A stretch of DNA of 64,000 nucleotides from Balanoglossus misakiensis (GCA_040954595.2 CM082596.2:7890468-7954467), one strand, 5' to 3'; positions 14,301 through 27,200 are shown, counted from the first letter of the stretch. Made by a program: numbers and translations. Notes: generated by a model not told the origin, from the sequence alone.

Positions 14301-14739
14301 GGAATAGTGTAAGACATAATCCCCAGTAAGTTGACGACCAAGTACATTGGGCTGGAAATGCCTTGTGTTGAAATCTGGGAGATCTGGATGATTTGTGACA
14401 CCTGAAGTCGATGGATTGAATTTTCATATTGGAATAGGGGTATTATCAGCTACAGATAAATGCAATAAAGGTATTGGTTGAATACCTCATTTTGACGAAA
14501 TTCCTCCAAGTTTTAGCAGATACTTGATCTTGAAGCTGTATTTACAGACATGTGCCTGACCATAGCTCTTTCATGTTTGGTAAACCTCAATGCCAGAATA
14601 TAAAAGAGTTTTCTGCTATTACTTGAACAGGAGGAGAGTCCCAAAGAAGCGAGACACATGGACATCTCTTAATCATGATGCTAATGAAGGAACGCCATTA
14701 GCTATGTCAAGTCCATTTTCCAAAGAAGTTTCTCCGTAA
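8305..14739 (+). CDS. SLC18B1: MFS-type transporter SLC18B1-like, copy B (13 coding exons, 468 aa)
   Basis: Exons 8305-8475, 8913-9008, 9319-9392, 10171-10324, 10845-10913, 11371-11461, 11873-12009, 12196-12294, 12747-12838, 13211-13306, 13665-13739, 14000-14143, 14631-14739. All introns are GT-AG. The 1407-nt frame is open and ends ...SPFSKEVSP*. Paralog of copy A. Confidence 0.9.
9035..9183. repeat. Imperfect tandem duplication in intron 2 of copy B
   Basis: cataatgatttgaaattta(t/c)tgtaagctcaagaca...gacattcaccatctgaaaatt occurs twice. Confidence 0.8.
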
Positions 14740-15072
14740 CACAATTAATGTTCATGCAAGTGATGATATATACCATGGAGATTGGTGGGGAAAGGAATTA
14801 AAACATGACGTCTGATGGAACCTGTTGGCTAGTTTAAAATACGACTGCTGGACTTGACGTCAAGTTACATGTAAATGACAATATTTTCAATTTTACTGAT
14901 CGTACAAAAATTTAAGTTTATCCTCTCACTTTGGAAGATTCATAAGCATGATAAAAGTACACAAATATCGTGGTACATGCACATGCGTATTTAGAATCTT
15001 CACAAACTCCTGTGTGGCAAGGCGAAAATGTAACTCGGAGCAATGTTGTCTTTCGTGTTGGTTGGGTCGTAC

Positions 15073-15309
15073 AAATCGAAACTGGACCACATGTGCTTTA
15101 TTTCTAAAGACCGCCCTCTTTCGTCCAAATCGAGGATCGTGCCAGTTCGCAGAAATGAGTTGTTCATATATGAAGGGGAATTCCCTCGTCTACTTCCATT
15201 TTCCTGAATCGCTGCCTGTTTTAAGGTGTTGCTGTGAACGGATTGTAACTGGGCGAAGAGATTGGTGTACATGTACTTCGCAGGCTCCCTAAACAGGTAT
15301 TTCTATTTC
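15073..15309 (+). promoter_or_regulatory. Candidate immune-inducible promoter motifs (kB site, IRF/ISRE-like cores) upstream of the HEPN-NHL gene
   Basis: GGGGAATTCCC at 15175-15185; AAATCGAAACT at 15073-15083; GAAATAGAAA on the minus strand at 15300-15309. Motif matches only. Confidence 0.45.
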
Positions 15310-15353
15310 ACCGTGTAAATCTCTGCAAAGCGGGCCGCTCACGAAGAGCAGAA

Positions 15354-17834
15354 ATGGCTTCGAACTTTGACCTCACGAAAGAGCTGGAAACAACCGACGA
15401 AAGGACGAACTATGCTCGCCTATGTCGTCTCCTCATCGAAGGCGGTACCAAGGCGTTGCGTGAGCTATTTAACAGAGTCCATCCCCCCGCCCAGCTGGCC
15501 ACAAATCTGGCAGACGCGAATCTGCAGCGCACCCTGAAATCTTTGCTGTCGCGCAAGATTGTCACGCAGAAACAGTACCGCATGGTGTATCCGACGCCGC
15601 TGGGGGCGGTAGACTCGTCCAACTTCGACATCACCTTGCTGATGATATTACTGCGGAATATCTGCAATCTGAAGCAACCGCCAACCGGGTGGGACAACCT
15701 GCCGAGGCCAACGGATACGAGCACGGCCGCGGATGTATCCCGCATCAAGTTCTACCGAAACAAACTCTGCCACGGCCAGAGCGCTGGTGTGAGTGACGCC
15801 CACTTCAACGGCTTCTGGGATGACGTCAGCGAGGCGCTGGTGCGACTCGGTGCCAGGAGATGTGATGTGGACAGGCTGAAAACAGACGCCATGGATAGCG
15901 ATTTAGAGCGCCGATACACGGATGAGGTCTTGGAATGGGCAAGCGCTGATGCCGAAGCCATAGACCTGTTCAGGAACATTCTGAAGGCAGTGACGGCCCC
16001 GGACGATGAGAAACTCTTCTGCGAGGATCACAACGCGCATGCCAATTTGCATTGTGGGTGGTGTAATGAGTTCATCTGCTCGGCGTGTTCCATCGTCAAG
16101 CATCAGTCAGATCGGTGCATGGTGACCGACATCAGGGATGTAGCGCGGGGGCTGCGCAAGCGCATCGGCCTCAAACTACCGGTACTTGAAGAGAAAATTG
16201 CAGAGATTCAGCACGGTCTTGAGGAAGCGGAGCGAGTTTCTCGGTCTCTGGAAGCAGATTTCGAGGAGAAGAGCCAAGCCAAGGAAGAAGTTGGCGGGGA
16301 TGAAACAGACGAAACTGCCGTTGCTGCAAAATTGAACGATCAGTACGAGGAAATAACGAAAGACGTCAAGGAGGAAACTGAGCTTTTGGAACAGAGCGCA
16401 AAAGATGCCGATCATATATTACGCTACTTCAAAAGCCTCCGGCACGTTGAAAATGATGATAAACTGATGACCGAATATAGGATGGCAGAAGCGCAGATTA
16501 AAAAAGTCGCCCAGATTAAGACATCGTTCGCAGTTTGCTACAAATCAGATCCCGGCATACGCTATCTCTACCGCGCCGTCTTCCCCGATGCTTCATCCAT
16601 CAAGCCAACCAGGCAACCGCACGAGCTGAGAACAAACGACGACGTGGCATTCGACGTCTGCGTCAGGAACCACAAGAGAAATCCCGTCCCCGGCGACTGT
16701 GACGAGCTGGAGTGTTACGCCAGGGATGGCGAGGGTCGGGCCATCGGCGTTGTCGTGGAGACGACGTTGCCAGGAGACGACAGCACCCACCGACTGACGT
16801 TCAGAGTTGAAAAGTGGGGCGAGTACGAGGTGGGGGCGAAACTGCTCAACCAGCACATCGGTGGATCACCGCACAGGTTGACAGTTCCCCGGCCGTTTAA
16901 GTTCACCCGCGTCAAGTACAAGGGAGACCCCCCGATGCCGTTTCAAAGAACGGGTCTTTTCGGTCCCGCTCCGATGATTCCCGTCCAACCTACCCTCCCC
17001 GAGCTGATGGAACTTTTGAATGGACCCTATAGCTTTGTGGCCATTAATACTGTCCAGGGAGGGATTGTCGTCGTTGACGCTTCAAGTCCGCCCGAGCTGC
17101 ATCTGTTCAGCCAGAGCCTCGTTCACGAGAAGACCGTCACCATATCTAAAAGGTGCAAAATGTTCTGTATCAAACCGACTTGTGTCGCGGTTTCTCCGCA
17201 CAACACGTGCATCATCGGGAACGAGTATACTCCACTCTGCAAAGAACACCCTGTCGTGGAGTTCGACCTCAACGGCCGGCAGGTCCAGGCAATCAGTTCT
17301 GGAAAGTTGAGCTCAGCAAACGGCGCCGCTTTCAACTACACCATGGGAGTATTATACGTGACCGAGGGGAAGGAACACCGGCTCCACATGTTTCAGTGTG
17401 ACAGCGGCCGGTTCTCGTACATCAAGGCCGTCGGTGGCCGCGGCCGAGGACCCGGTCAGTTCGAGAGCCCGACATCGGTGGCCACCAACGGCGTCGGTAA
17501 CGTCATAGTGTCGGACACGGGCAACGGCAGGGTTCAGGTGTTGAGCGCCGAGGGCGGGTTCCTGCTGCAGTTTGGCGGCGGTCACGGCCGAGAGTTGGGG
17601 AAGACGTTGGAACCGTTAGCAGTGGCCACGGACGGCGACGACAGCGTCTACGTCTGCGAGGGGGACAGGGTGCAGAAATTCAGCCAATCAGGGGAGTTCC
17701 TCAGCTGCCCGCTCCTGCGCAGAGATAACTTCCAATCGCCGCAAACCATCGCTGTTACCAAGGAGACGCCGTTTAAAATACTGGTGACAGACAGGGAGAC
17801 ATTCTGCCTGAAGTGCTATGAGTACGAAACATAG
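15354..17834 (+). CDS. Intronless RING-less TRIM-NHL-like protein with an N-terminal DZIP3-like HEPN domain (HEPN, B-box, coiled coil, filamin/Ig, NHL repeats), 826 aa
   Basis: Single long GC-rich ORF. HEPN_DZIP3-like signatures NYARLCRLLI, FDITLLMILLRNICNL, PPTGWDNLP and RIKFYRNKLCH. B-box CEDH..HCGWCNEFICSACSIVKH. Glu/Lys-rich coiled coil. Filamin-like ..GEYEVGAKLLNQHIGGSPHRLTV. NHL repeat GGRGRGPGQFESPTSVATNGVGNVIVSDTGNGRVQV. Confidence 0.9.
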   Translation: MASNFDLTKELETTDERTNYARLCRLLIEGGTKALRELFNRVHPPAQLATNLADANLQRTLKSLLSRKIVTQKQYRMVYPTPLGAVDSSNFDITLLMILLRNICNLKQPPTGWDNLPRPTDTSTAADVSRIKFYRNKLCHGQSAGVSDAHFNGFWDDVSEALVRLGARRCDVDRLKTDAMDSDLERRYTDEVLEWASADAEAIDLFRNILKAVTAPDDEKLFCEDHNAHANLHCGWCNEFICSACSIVKHQSDRCMVTDIRDVARGLRKRIGLKLPVLEEKIAEIQHGLEEAERVSRSLEADFEEKSQAKEEVGGDETDETAVAAKLNDQYEEITKDVKEETELLEQSAKDADHILRYFKSLRHVENDDKLMTEYRMAEAQIKKVAQIKTSFAVCYKSDPGIRYLYRAVFPDASSIKPTRQPHELRTNDDVAFDVCVRNHKRNPVPGDCDELECYARDGEGRAIGVVVETTLPGDDSTHRLTFRVEKWGEYEVGAKLLNQHIGGSPHRLTVPRPFKFTRVKYKGDPPMPFQRTGLFGPAPMIPVQPTLPELMELLNGPYSFVAINTVQGGIVVVDASSPPELHLFSQSLVHEKTVTISKRCKMFCIKPTCVAVSPHNTCIIGNEYTPLCKEHPVVEFDLNGRQVQAISSGKLSSANGAAFNYTMGVLYVTEGKEHRLHMFQCDSGRFSYIKAVGGRGRGPGQFESPTSVATNGVGNVIVSDTGNGRVQVLSAEGGFLLQFGGGHGRELGKTLEPLAVATDGDDSVYVCEGDRVQKFSQSGEFLSCPLLRRDNFQSPQTIAVTKETPFKILVTDRETFCLKCYEYET

Positions 17835-19070
17835 TTGAAAAACAACCAAAATTCGTACACACGGTATTGAGGATATGGAAATTATGTTTCGATTGAATCA
17901 AAGTGATCGAGAAGCCGTTTTTTTATTATATGGAAGAAGTCCTTTGGTATACAAAGCTTATATGTAACCAGTGGAACATGATTGACAGTGTGCCTTTGTA
18001 ACCCCCCCCCCCCCCGAACTCGTGAATACAAGAAACCTCTCTCCCATTTAAGCGCCCTCTACATTTTCTAATCAATCTATCTTCACCGCGAAATTGTGTA
18101 GATAATCGTAAACTTTCTTAAAGAAACGCAGTGTTGAAATCCGCTTAATATTTGAGGAATTAATTCACAACAGCCCTGTGATCTTACCTTTACCGCGGTT
18201 GTCTGTAATTCCAGAATGCTTTTATGAAGAAATCGTTGGTTTTCTGGAAGAAATAATTGTACGTGCTTTCTTGAAATATCGGGACTATACTCATTTTTTG
18301 TGTCTAACATTTAGTTTTACGCTCATGCATTCATGTCTACATCTGATGTTTTATAAAGTTGCCTCGCCGTGGTTAAGGTCTAGAGATGCGTAATCAGTAA
18401 AGGCACGGTTATCAGAAACGTGTTGTCAGAAAGACATTCTTTTGCACCCGTGCACGTCAATAGGACGCATCACACCACACTAGATCACAACACAAAACAT
18501 CACAACACAATACGCACATCAAAGCACACTGTAACAATGCTATCTGTTGGGTTATGATGCGTGCAGCCCCACATCCGTGGACGTCGCTCGCGGCAAGGCT
18601 CCGTCACAGCCCGGCGATTAACTACATTCTGCATGTGCCAGTGTGTTACTGTGAGCAAAATGATGTACTGTGGCATTTTAAAACGGTTTGTAGGTTGCCA
18701 AACAGGCTATCACTTGACATCTGTCTGCGATGTGAAGGAAAATCAATTGTTGAAGGCGTCGGTCGGCAGTCTGCGCATGGGTGTGGTGCTCATTTAATAC
18801 CCAGAGTCCACTGCAAACAATGGTTGCTTTGTGGCAATCAAGTCTACAAAGTCTCTAAGAAGTAAAAGAGCGCCCCGCGTCTCAGAAATCGGTGTAATTT
18901 GTGATTCTCGACATAATAAAACATAAAACAAGATATTATTTCTCGTTATGAGTGGGTAGCGGCATATAGTTATGCTTATGGTCATTTGTGATATGTCCGT
19001 GTGAGTGGTGTCATCCCAATCTCACTGGATACACAACTACCTTTGATTGAGCAAGAGCAGTTCAACTTGA

Positions 19071-19267
19071 TTAAAAATATACGATCACCTATGGAATAAG
19101 TTATAGCTACAGTTTACAATGGCAAATTGAGATCTAGCCAATCACAGATTTTCAGTGGGTGGCACACGCGAAAAAAGAGCGCCACTGTATGTTCTTTAGA
19201 ACACCCAAATACGCCATTTCTGACATTTATGGGCGTATGTAAATTGAAGGTGACTGTATACCTTTAA
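19071..19267. mobile_element. MITE family D (TTAA-AGG...CCT-TTAA ends, Kolobok-like)
   Basis: Shares its core (gatctagccaatcacagattttcagtgggtggcac) and TIR with 49799-49980 and 58702-58902. An extra right-end copy follows at about 19290-19329. Confidence 0.75.
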
Positions 19268-21277
19268 GATGTACCATTTTGCGGCCATGTATGGACATAT
19301 GTACATTGAAGGTGACCGTGTACCTTTAACCTAATCCTGTCGTGCGAGATATATGTTAATTGTATAAAGTCTGTCGTTAGGCAAAGTCCTTCGCCTTTTC
19401 TGTAGGCGTACATGTCTAATACAACGATAGGGTCGTCATGACTGGTATACACTGAAATTACGTCACCACCACCATGGGTTGCGTCACGTGTTGGTCGAAA
19501 GTGCCTTCAAAATAACACAAAATGTTTGAAATACATTTATACTGTAATATTTGGATTTTCATAAACTAAATGTTCAAATAGATAATGAAGAAATCAAATT
19601 TTGTTTTGTTCTGTTTTGTGTTCTAGTCATTAGACCTGTCTACTAGGCACCGCAGGCGAAAGTTAGCTGGTCGGAACTCACGGAACTGAATGGTAAGAAC
19701 TCGCTTTGATATTTTTGATAATTTTTTCGGATGTCCAGAAAAATTATCATCGGAAGAAATTGACTCATTTAATTTCCATTACACTGTAATGGAAATGAAA
19801 TGAGTCAAGTTTGAAAAACAGAATCTTTGAAAAATTCTGTTTTTCAAACTTACTATTGTATGTGACGTACGGCCAATATAGTGCTGTAAGGCACGGGCTT
19901 TCGAAGAAATTGCTTTCATTTTGTGAATGAAGTCGGCGGGCGATAGAAAACTACATCGACAGTACACTTGTTAAACAAGTTCATAGAACTACAGAACATT
20001 GTATTCTAATGAACGTTTCAAAAGAAAATACAATATTGGGTGCGTGGGCGCCGCGTTAGATGTTTGCCAAACTTTATTGGTTGGTTTGCGCGCATGCGCC
20101 CTCACTAGTAACCAGCGCCTTCTCCCGTCGACGATTCATGACGTCACTTCTCTGCAGCGGGATTACCAACAGCCCCAGGGGTTGGGGTCAAGACGACATT
20201 GATACGTGGTCCGGTCGCCGGTCAAATATTGGAGCTGCGTTGAATACCCCGAGTCTTTTTTACACATGACAACATATTCAATGACCGTAGTGTAGGCGAC
20301 AATGCCCTTCAACGCACTATTAGCACCATTGTGAAATTATATCAGTATACCAACGGTTAGTGTGTAGGCGCATAGGCCTACTGCAACTATCAAAAGGAAG
20401 TATTTAAATTTAAAGTAACATGCTTGCGCTAGTATGATTGATATGTGTGTTTAATTAATCTCCATAAATCAAGACATAGCCGTGGATGTATGTCAAAATG
20501 AGTAGCCGCCGCGTAGAAGCTCTCGAAATTGTGTTACCCTGTGCGCACGAAAGCGGATAATAAGCTTTTTTCTTCGCCTTGCCGGACTGTGTTACTATGT
20601 CGTCGAAGTTCACAGGCACTGTGTTGTACGTTGGAAAAGTGCAAATTTATGCACACAGAGAAAAATGCCGGCGGTCAGGTATACGTGGTCGGCTCTTTTT
20701 TACGATTATAAAAATCGAAGACAGGGTTGTCTTTTATATTTCGACCTGGGAGAAATCCCACGAAAGCTGCTCAGAGCTCGCCCGGGTCTTGGGAAGAAAT
20801 ATCACCGGGGGTCTTGGCCAATTTACGATGGGGAGAATCTTTTATAAATTTGTCTTGTGAAATTATGGGCGCATAGTTATGCTGCGTGGAGCCGCTGTTC
20901 ATCGCAACAATGAATAAGCGACCCGGATGACCCCTGCATTGTGGGTGTATAACAATACACGCCGCGCAGGCATACCTGAGCCGCATCCCACAATGCACCG
21001 CGTATTGCCATGTGAATGGCCAATGTAAATACAGCATGCCGGGACACGCTCGGCTCTGGCTCCTTGTCCCGATGACAAATCTCTGTTTATCGATCACCAA
21101 CCCAGTCAAACCGAACGCTGATTAAAATCAGTGGCGTCGCGCACTGAAGTTCTCGCAGAAGTCCAACGCGCTGGGCGCCTCCTTTAGCAGATTTTTCCCC
21201 TCCTTCATCGCCGCATCAACCGAGAAGAAGATTACGCTCCAGTATGTAGACTACCAGACACGGTGATCGTTGAAGAA

Positions 21278-24200
21278 ATGAGGTACGTATTTCCAGAAAA
21301 AAAATATTCACCATTCATCCCCCCCCTAAAAAGACTGCGCACCAAATGGAAATATTTGTACCCCCGTGGCGCAGGAACTGCATGTCAGTATACTTCTTAA
21401 ACACCACCGCTGCAGATAAGCCAGGAATTTGCTACTGATAATAGTTATACGTGTGTTAACTTGAACTTCCAGTTTATATCGCGGGGACTTTTTTCCCGCG
21501 CCGTTTTCCCTTCTGGCTTCGTTCAATAAGCCATGCTGTGCAACCTAGAATTTTATTAGTTTTAAACAGCAATGAGCTGTAGGTATTTCCAACGTCATTG
21601 AAACAACACCAGGAACTGTCAAGAGAGAAAATCGATTTCCTATCGGTCAAAGTTCAAGATTTTTTTTTACATTTCGTCAATTATTTTCGCCCTCTGAATA
21701 CGTCCTACCACAGTCCCTACTGATTTATCGCGGCAAGTACCTTATCGAATGTAATCTTGTCGAAGACAATACCAGGCGATTTTGACTTGACAATTGATTT
21801 GTGTAACAATCGCTTTGTTGACCATGCAATGCCTCTATTCTGTGCCTTCGAGAATCGTCCGCTGTTGTTCCGTGTTGTGAAACTGGTCCGGGGAAGACAT
21901 ACACCCCGCGCCACACCTCAATCTTTTATTAATTGGAACGATTTAAAGCCTCATAAACTTTATTGCGGCCCGCGAAAGACTTCTCACACGTCTCAACAGA
22001 CACACATTGTCCGTGTGTTTGTTGTATTTTTTTGCCCTCTTTAATCTTTGAATTGGGGTTTCCTTTATCTGACGACCTTGATCTTGACCGTTATTTATAA
22101 CTTTGGTGATAACACCAGCACAGTATTGATAATTTTTCCAATTAACCCACCAGTACCTTCGGTTGGGTTCGGGCTCGTGACCTCCTTCGGGGTCACTCGG
22201 TCAGAAGAAATTTAAGAGTCAAGATGGCGGATGTGTGACTTGGTTTCATTTGAAAGTTCTTTGGCATTTAACTTCTGATTCGACTCTCATGACGAATTTT
22301 GACAGCAGGAATGACCAATTTCGAAGTGAAATAGCCGTTAAGTATCTGAAATAGACTCATCCAATACCCTAGGCCTCACTTTCTCAAATAAAAGCAGACG
22401 ACCGAATCGTTCAGTGTTTCATGATTTCGTATCCGCCATCTTGCTTCACTATTTTTTTGAGTAAATGTTGTAATTACTAGTATTTTCTTTGAGTCGACGA
22501 CTGCGTGCTACATTATTTCAGATTCCTCAACTAACAAGACAATAACTTCGAGGGGATATCGCCTGTGAAAATTTTATTGTTAGCAACTATGAGTAGACAA
22601 TGAAAAAATCAATCATTCAAATTGTCCAGACACTTGGCTCGCTTGTATATGTACAGGGACATTGTCATAAAAAGCGAGCAACAGTCTCACACAGGCATCA
22701 AATTAAAACAAATTAAAGTCAATTCAGTTCACAACAAAATTTAGGAAACTGTCCAGTTTGGCAAGCAAATGATTTCCAAGCTGTAGGGCTAGCCCACTTG
22801 CATGGAGGTAGGCATACATGCGACGTCTGCGTCTCTCTATAAGCCTTAGTGATGGTAATATCTATATACACACAGAGCAAAATACGTAAGAAGGCGCAGA
22901 GTTAGAAACGCAAACACCAAAGATACACACTCACACACACAGGCACATACACATAGACAACGACACTCAGATTTAGACGCACGAAAAATGCACACAGCCA
23001 TGGACACGCAGTTACACAGTGAAAAACGCACACGGAAAATCAGTTCATTTCGTGCACACTGTTGACACATGTCGACTTGTAACTGCGCCATGGCCATTGC
23101 ATTCTTCTGACACCTGTTGATTCTAATCGAAAGATCTCGGTCTTAACCCTTCCACCCACACAAAATAGCGGTACAATACGCAACACAATGATCGCAGCTG
23201 CCACATGACAGAAACCAGCCTAAAAACTGGCAGCGATACAAGAAATACGAACCGAGCAGACTACAAATTTGAATGACGCGCCTTTCCCCGATGAACTTTT
23301 GGCTTTTTCAACAACGCAATATACTTGACAGCTGCTTACATTAGCTGTTAAAGCAGGCCACTCCAGTCACAGAAGTGAAAGTGATGGTTGGGTCGAGACT
23401 TGACCTGGATACCTGAACTGGAATTATTACTCAGATCAGATCCAAGTCACGTGATTTGCTCGCCTATTCTGATACATGTGTATCATCACTGTTGAAATTT
23501 TGCTGTCTTGATTCTGGTTTGAGACTTTGTGTTTTAGGATTTTATTTAACCCCTGAATACCCAAGGTGATTGTTTAGGTCGTTTACTAGATGAAATGGCT
23601 TGTTTCAGTCGGTTTATGGTCGTTTGGCTCGTTTTGGCCCGTTTTGGGTCGTTTCAACATTTATCATATGCCTCGACCTGCTTCTGTGAACACGCGGAAC
23701 CACTCTTCTGCTCTGTCAAGTCACACTCACTCCACACACGAAGGAGAGACGACGGTCAGATGCGTGTAATTTGATTACTTACTGTTGAAAGTTTACCAAC
23801 AAGCTCAACTATTACTCAACACAAACCGCTATGCAGACGGCCCTACGTCACATTGATAAACACGTGGCCGCACAAAATTCCCCGATAGACGGGTTGACGT
23901 CTATTTGTGAAGCCGTTATGTAAACACGCTTCCCTCGGAAGGAATGCTAAACTTATAGTTAAATCCCGCGACCCGGTTCACATAAACACAAGAAGTTAAT
24001 TATAGTTTCAGAAGGTGCATGCATTTCTGAGTATTCCCACAGCGCCATTCAGCTATCGTTTGGATACAGTGCAACTTGAAATATCGTGGGAGATCAAAGG
24101 TGCCGCTCACAGGTGTGCGAGCCGAAAACCCGGCGTCAAATTCATGCACTCCAGTCTTACACTATTTGCTTGCTGTATCTCGCATGGGTCATCGTCGGTT

Positions 24201-27200
24201 TCCCGAATGATGAATTTATTAATTCTTTCACACATAGAAACCAATTTTAAAGATTAATATGCATGAAGTTGTATGCAATGGGTGAAGGTCTGGTCCACCC
24301 ATCTGTCCACCGTCGGAATGCCTAATGCGCCCGTCGCCGACACCGTGTGATTGCAGACAAATTAGGTCCCCAGCGAGAGCAAATCACTCGGGTCACACGG
24401 GGGGGGGGGGGGGACGTATCGACGCGGTCCAGTCGAGATGTGGCACGGGTATTCAAAGCTACACGAAGCTGGGCTTTCTTTCTTGTACGTCATGTACTGT
24501 GCAATGGTGAATGCATGTCCATTCTGTTTGCGCATACTTCAAGGTGCACCCTTGCTGCTCGGCAAATGGGGTCACAGATTTGAAAGCTGAATCTGGACGA
24601 ACCATTATAGTGTTACGTTGACACGAGGCGTGTTCTCAACGCAACCTAGTAGGCCCTACAAAAAACAATTCAGAGACCTCATTATCGGGTTTCCATTGCG
24701 GCGACAACCCCTCAGATGACGAGAGCAGCGCTCAGGGTTTGCAAAGAAATCTATTTTTAGACCCGTAATCCGGGTTTATCAGGAGTGCGCTTTCGCGGAC
24801 CGTTGGTTCCTTTGCAAACAGCTAAATACCTCCATGTAAATTGGAGAAACAATATCTGGAGTCATTGTTGGTTTAATTGTCCCAGTTTCGCCTGTTGTGG
24901 CATTTCGGCTAGAGGCAGCTCTGTTATTAAGCCAGTTCAGTCGTGAATGAATGCAAGCGAAAAATCCAGGTAGGCCTATGCACAATCTATTTCCATTTAC
25001 TGTGGATTTCTGCTGTGAAAGAAATACGCATATTTTAAATATACCTGTAGGCACACATATTTATTTTAGTGAAGGCATGAACAGCAAATCCCACTTTGAT
25101 GAATTAGTAGCCTTCTCGTTTTTCTGTTTGAAATATTTCCATATACATATTTACCATCGACCAACTCTGTATTTTATCACAATTCCTCAGTGCAGGCCGC
25201 GCCCTGGCGCCATAGAAAGACCATCTCTATGACTGGCGATATTTTTTTGCGCTCCTTTGAATTCTTGAATGTATAACAGACCCCAATTCGTGTTCTTTTA
25301 TTATAACACAGGCAGAGCAGGCAGGAAAAATTGTGATGGTGACTCACGATATTGTGTTGAGTCTCAGACAACTACTACCCCGCATGCCAGTATAGCTTTG
25401 TTGACTTGAAGGGTCACGTGATGTTAAGGGGGGGGGGTCTGACCGGCCTAGGATGAGCAATCTCATTTGATCGTACTTTCGAAATCTGTCACTTAAAAAG
25501 TTACAGCAAAGAAGTAGATTACATGCAGCAAAGTCCGAGTCGTCCATTTTTCAGTGCACCATAGAAATTCAGATGGTACAGAGGACACCGAATAGTCGAG
25601 GCAATTCAGCCGTGGCTTTAAGCTTGTGTCGGAGCTTCGTGAACAGTTTCATGTCATCAGACATCAATTTGAATCGTCACACGTTTTCTTGATTCAGTTT
25701 CATCCGGAGAAATTGCTTGCGAATTTTATTTAAAGGTGCGTTTCAACATTAGACATTCAGAACCACCTCAAGTTGTTGATTGCTTCGTTGATTATTGAAG
25801 AACTTAGTACCGTAGAAACTCTCGCGTTCTGCTAAAAATATATCACACCTTTTACTCTCTGTAGGGCATTCACATTTGCCAGGATACCAGATACGAAATT
25901 TATCATGAACTTTTCTTCACTGCCAACTTCGTTTATTGTTTGCCATGTTAATACATAATGTTTGCAGTAATTTCAAAATATTAGTGGTCAGTATCGGCAT
26001 TTTAACAGCCACGTTGGCATTAACCAATTGGGACTTGCTAAACTACAAGACCAGTGAATTCCCCGGATGTAACAACGTCAAGATCATCTCCCGTGAGAAC
26101 GTGCAAAAACTTTGTAGACAGTTCAGTTGCATCGTCAATGAATACTGGACACGGGTCCTACTGCAAACACTCATAAAGATTGGGTCGATTGATATCCTTA
26201 TACTTGAAGTGCGCGTCGCCTCCTACTAAATCCCACATCACTCATTAAGATTCAATGAAAGAATTTCGGGATCATAATTAGTGCCTACTCTTCGCTGACT
26301 CGCAACAACGGGGCAGTGCAGTACAATGACCGTATAGTCTTTTATCTGTAGCACAAAGGGCGTTTGCGCGCATGCGTGAACAAAGCACAGGCATTGTCTC
26401 GCCGGGCCAGAATTTATACGCAGTAAACATGCAATGCAAGTCTTCATCCTACCATAAAAGTAAACCCACAATTAATTTGTCTACTGTAGGTTTTTTATAT
26501 TTTTCAAACTCAACAAAGCCCGACTTGATCAATGATACCCCCTCCGGGTAGAATCGGACAAATGATCTTTGACGGATGGGTTTGTCTTCGCCGGGTGAAC
26601 TGTAGCGTGACCCCGGGGCGTCAACTGCCGGCGCAGCGCTGCTGGGACACCGTCCCTGGGATGTGTTGCTGCGTATGTGGTATGTTGATTGCTTGCAAGT
26701 GACGTACGAAAATTCAACAAAAAGGGCAAATAGTGCATTTTGGTGTTTGACTTTTCTTACGAAAACAGTCAAAGGAGTGCGTCATTGTTGTTCAAGTGTC
26801 CGACACTTGATGTTTATTTGAAAATAACCCTTAAAACATTAACCAGGAAAGAACAATGTTCTTATCGATTGAAAAGTAAATTAAGGCCTAAAATTGACCA
26901 AAAGAAGACGTTGGTGTTGCGTTGTTAGCTTTAGGGTAAAATAAAAAAATCACCATATTTACTTAGAGCACTGTGTGGCCCCTATCGTTATGTTGGTCAG
27001 ATCGCATGGCGCGCTTATGGTCACCTCACCCAATTTTGAGATAAACTTCGTTGTATATTTTGCCCATAGATCAAGCATTGATGAAAAATGCTGACTCAGC
27101 AGTTTTTCCCCTATTATTTTGGCTAAATTTTCGGTCTTGTATTTCAAAAACAGGCACCGTGATCCCCTATATTTTATTATCATGGATTTTTATGTACGAA

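Noticed and set aside
15410-17585. Many antisense and alternate-frame ORFs within the 826-aa gene
   Set aside because: Expected shadow ORFs of a GC-rich coding region.
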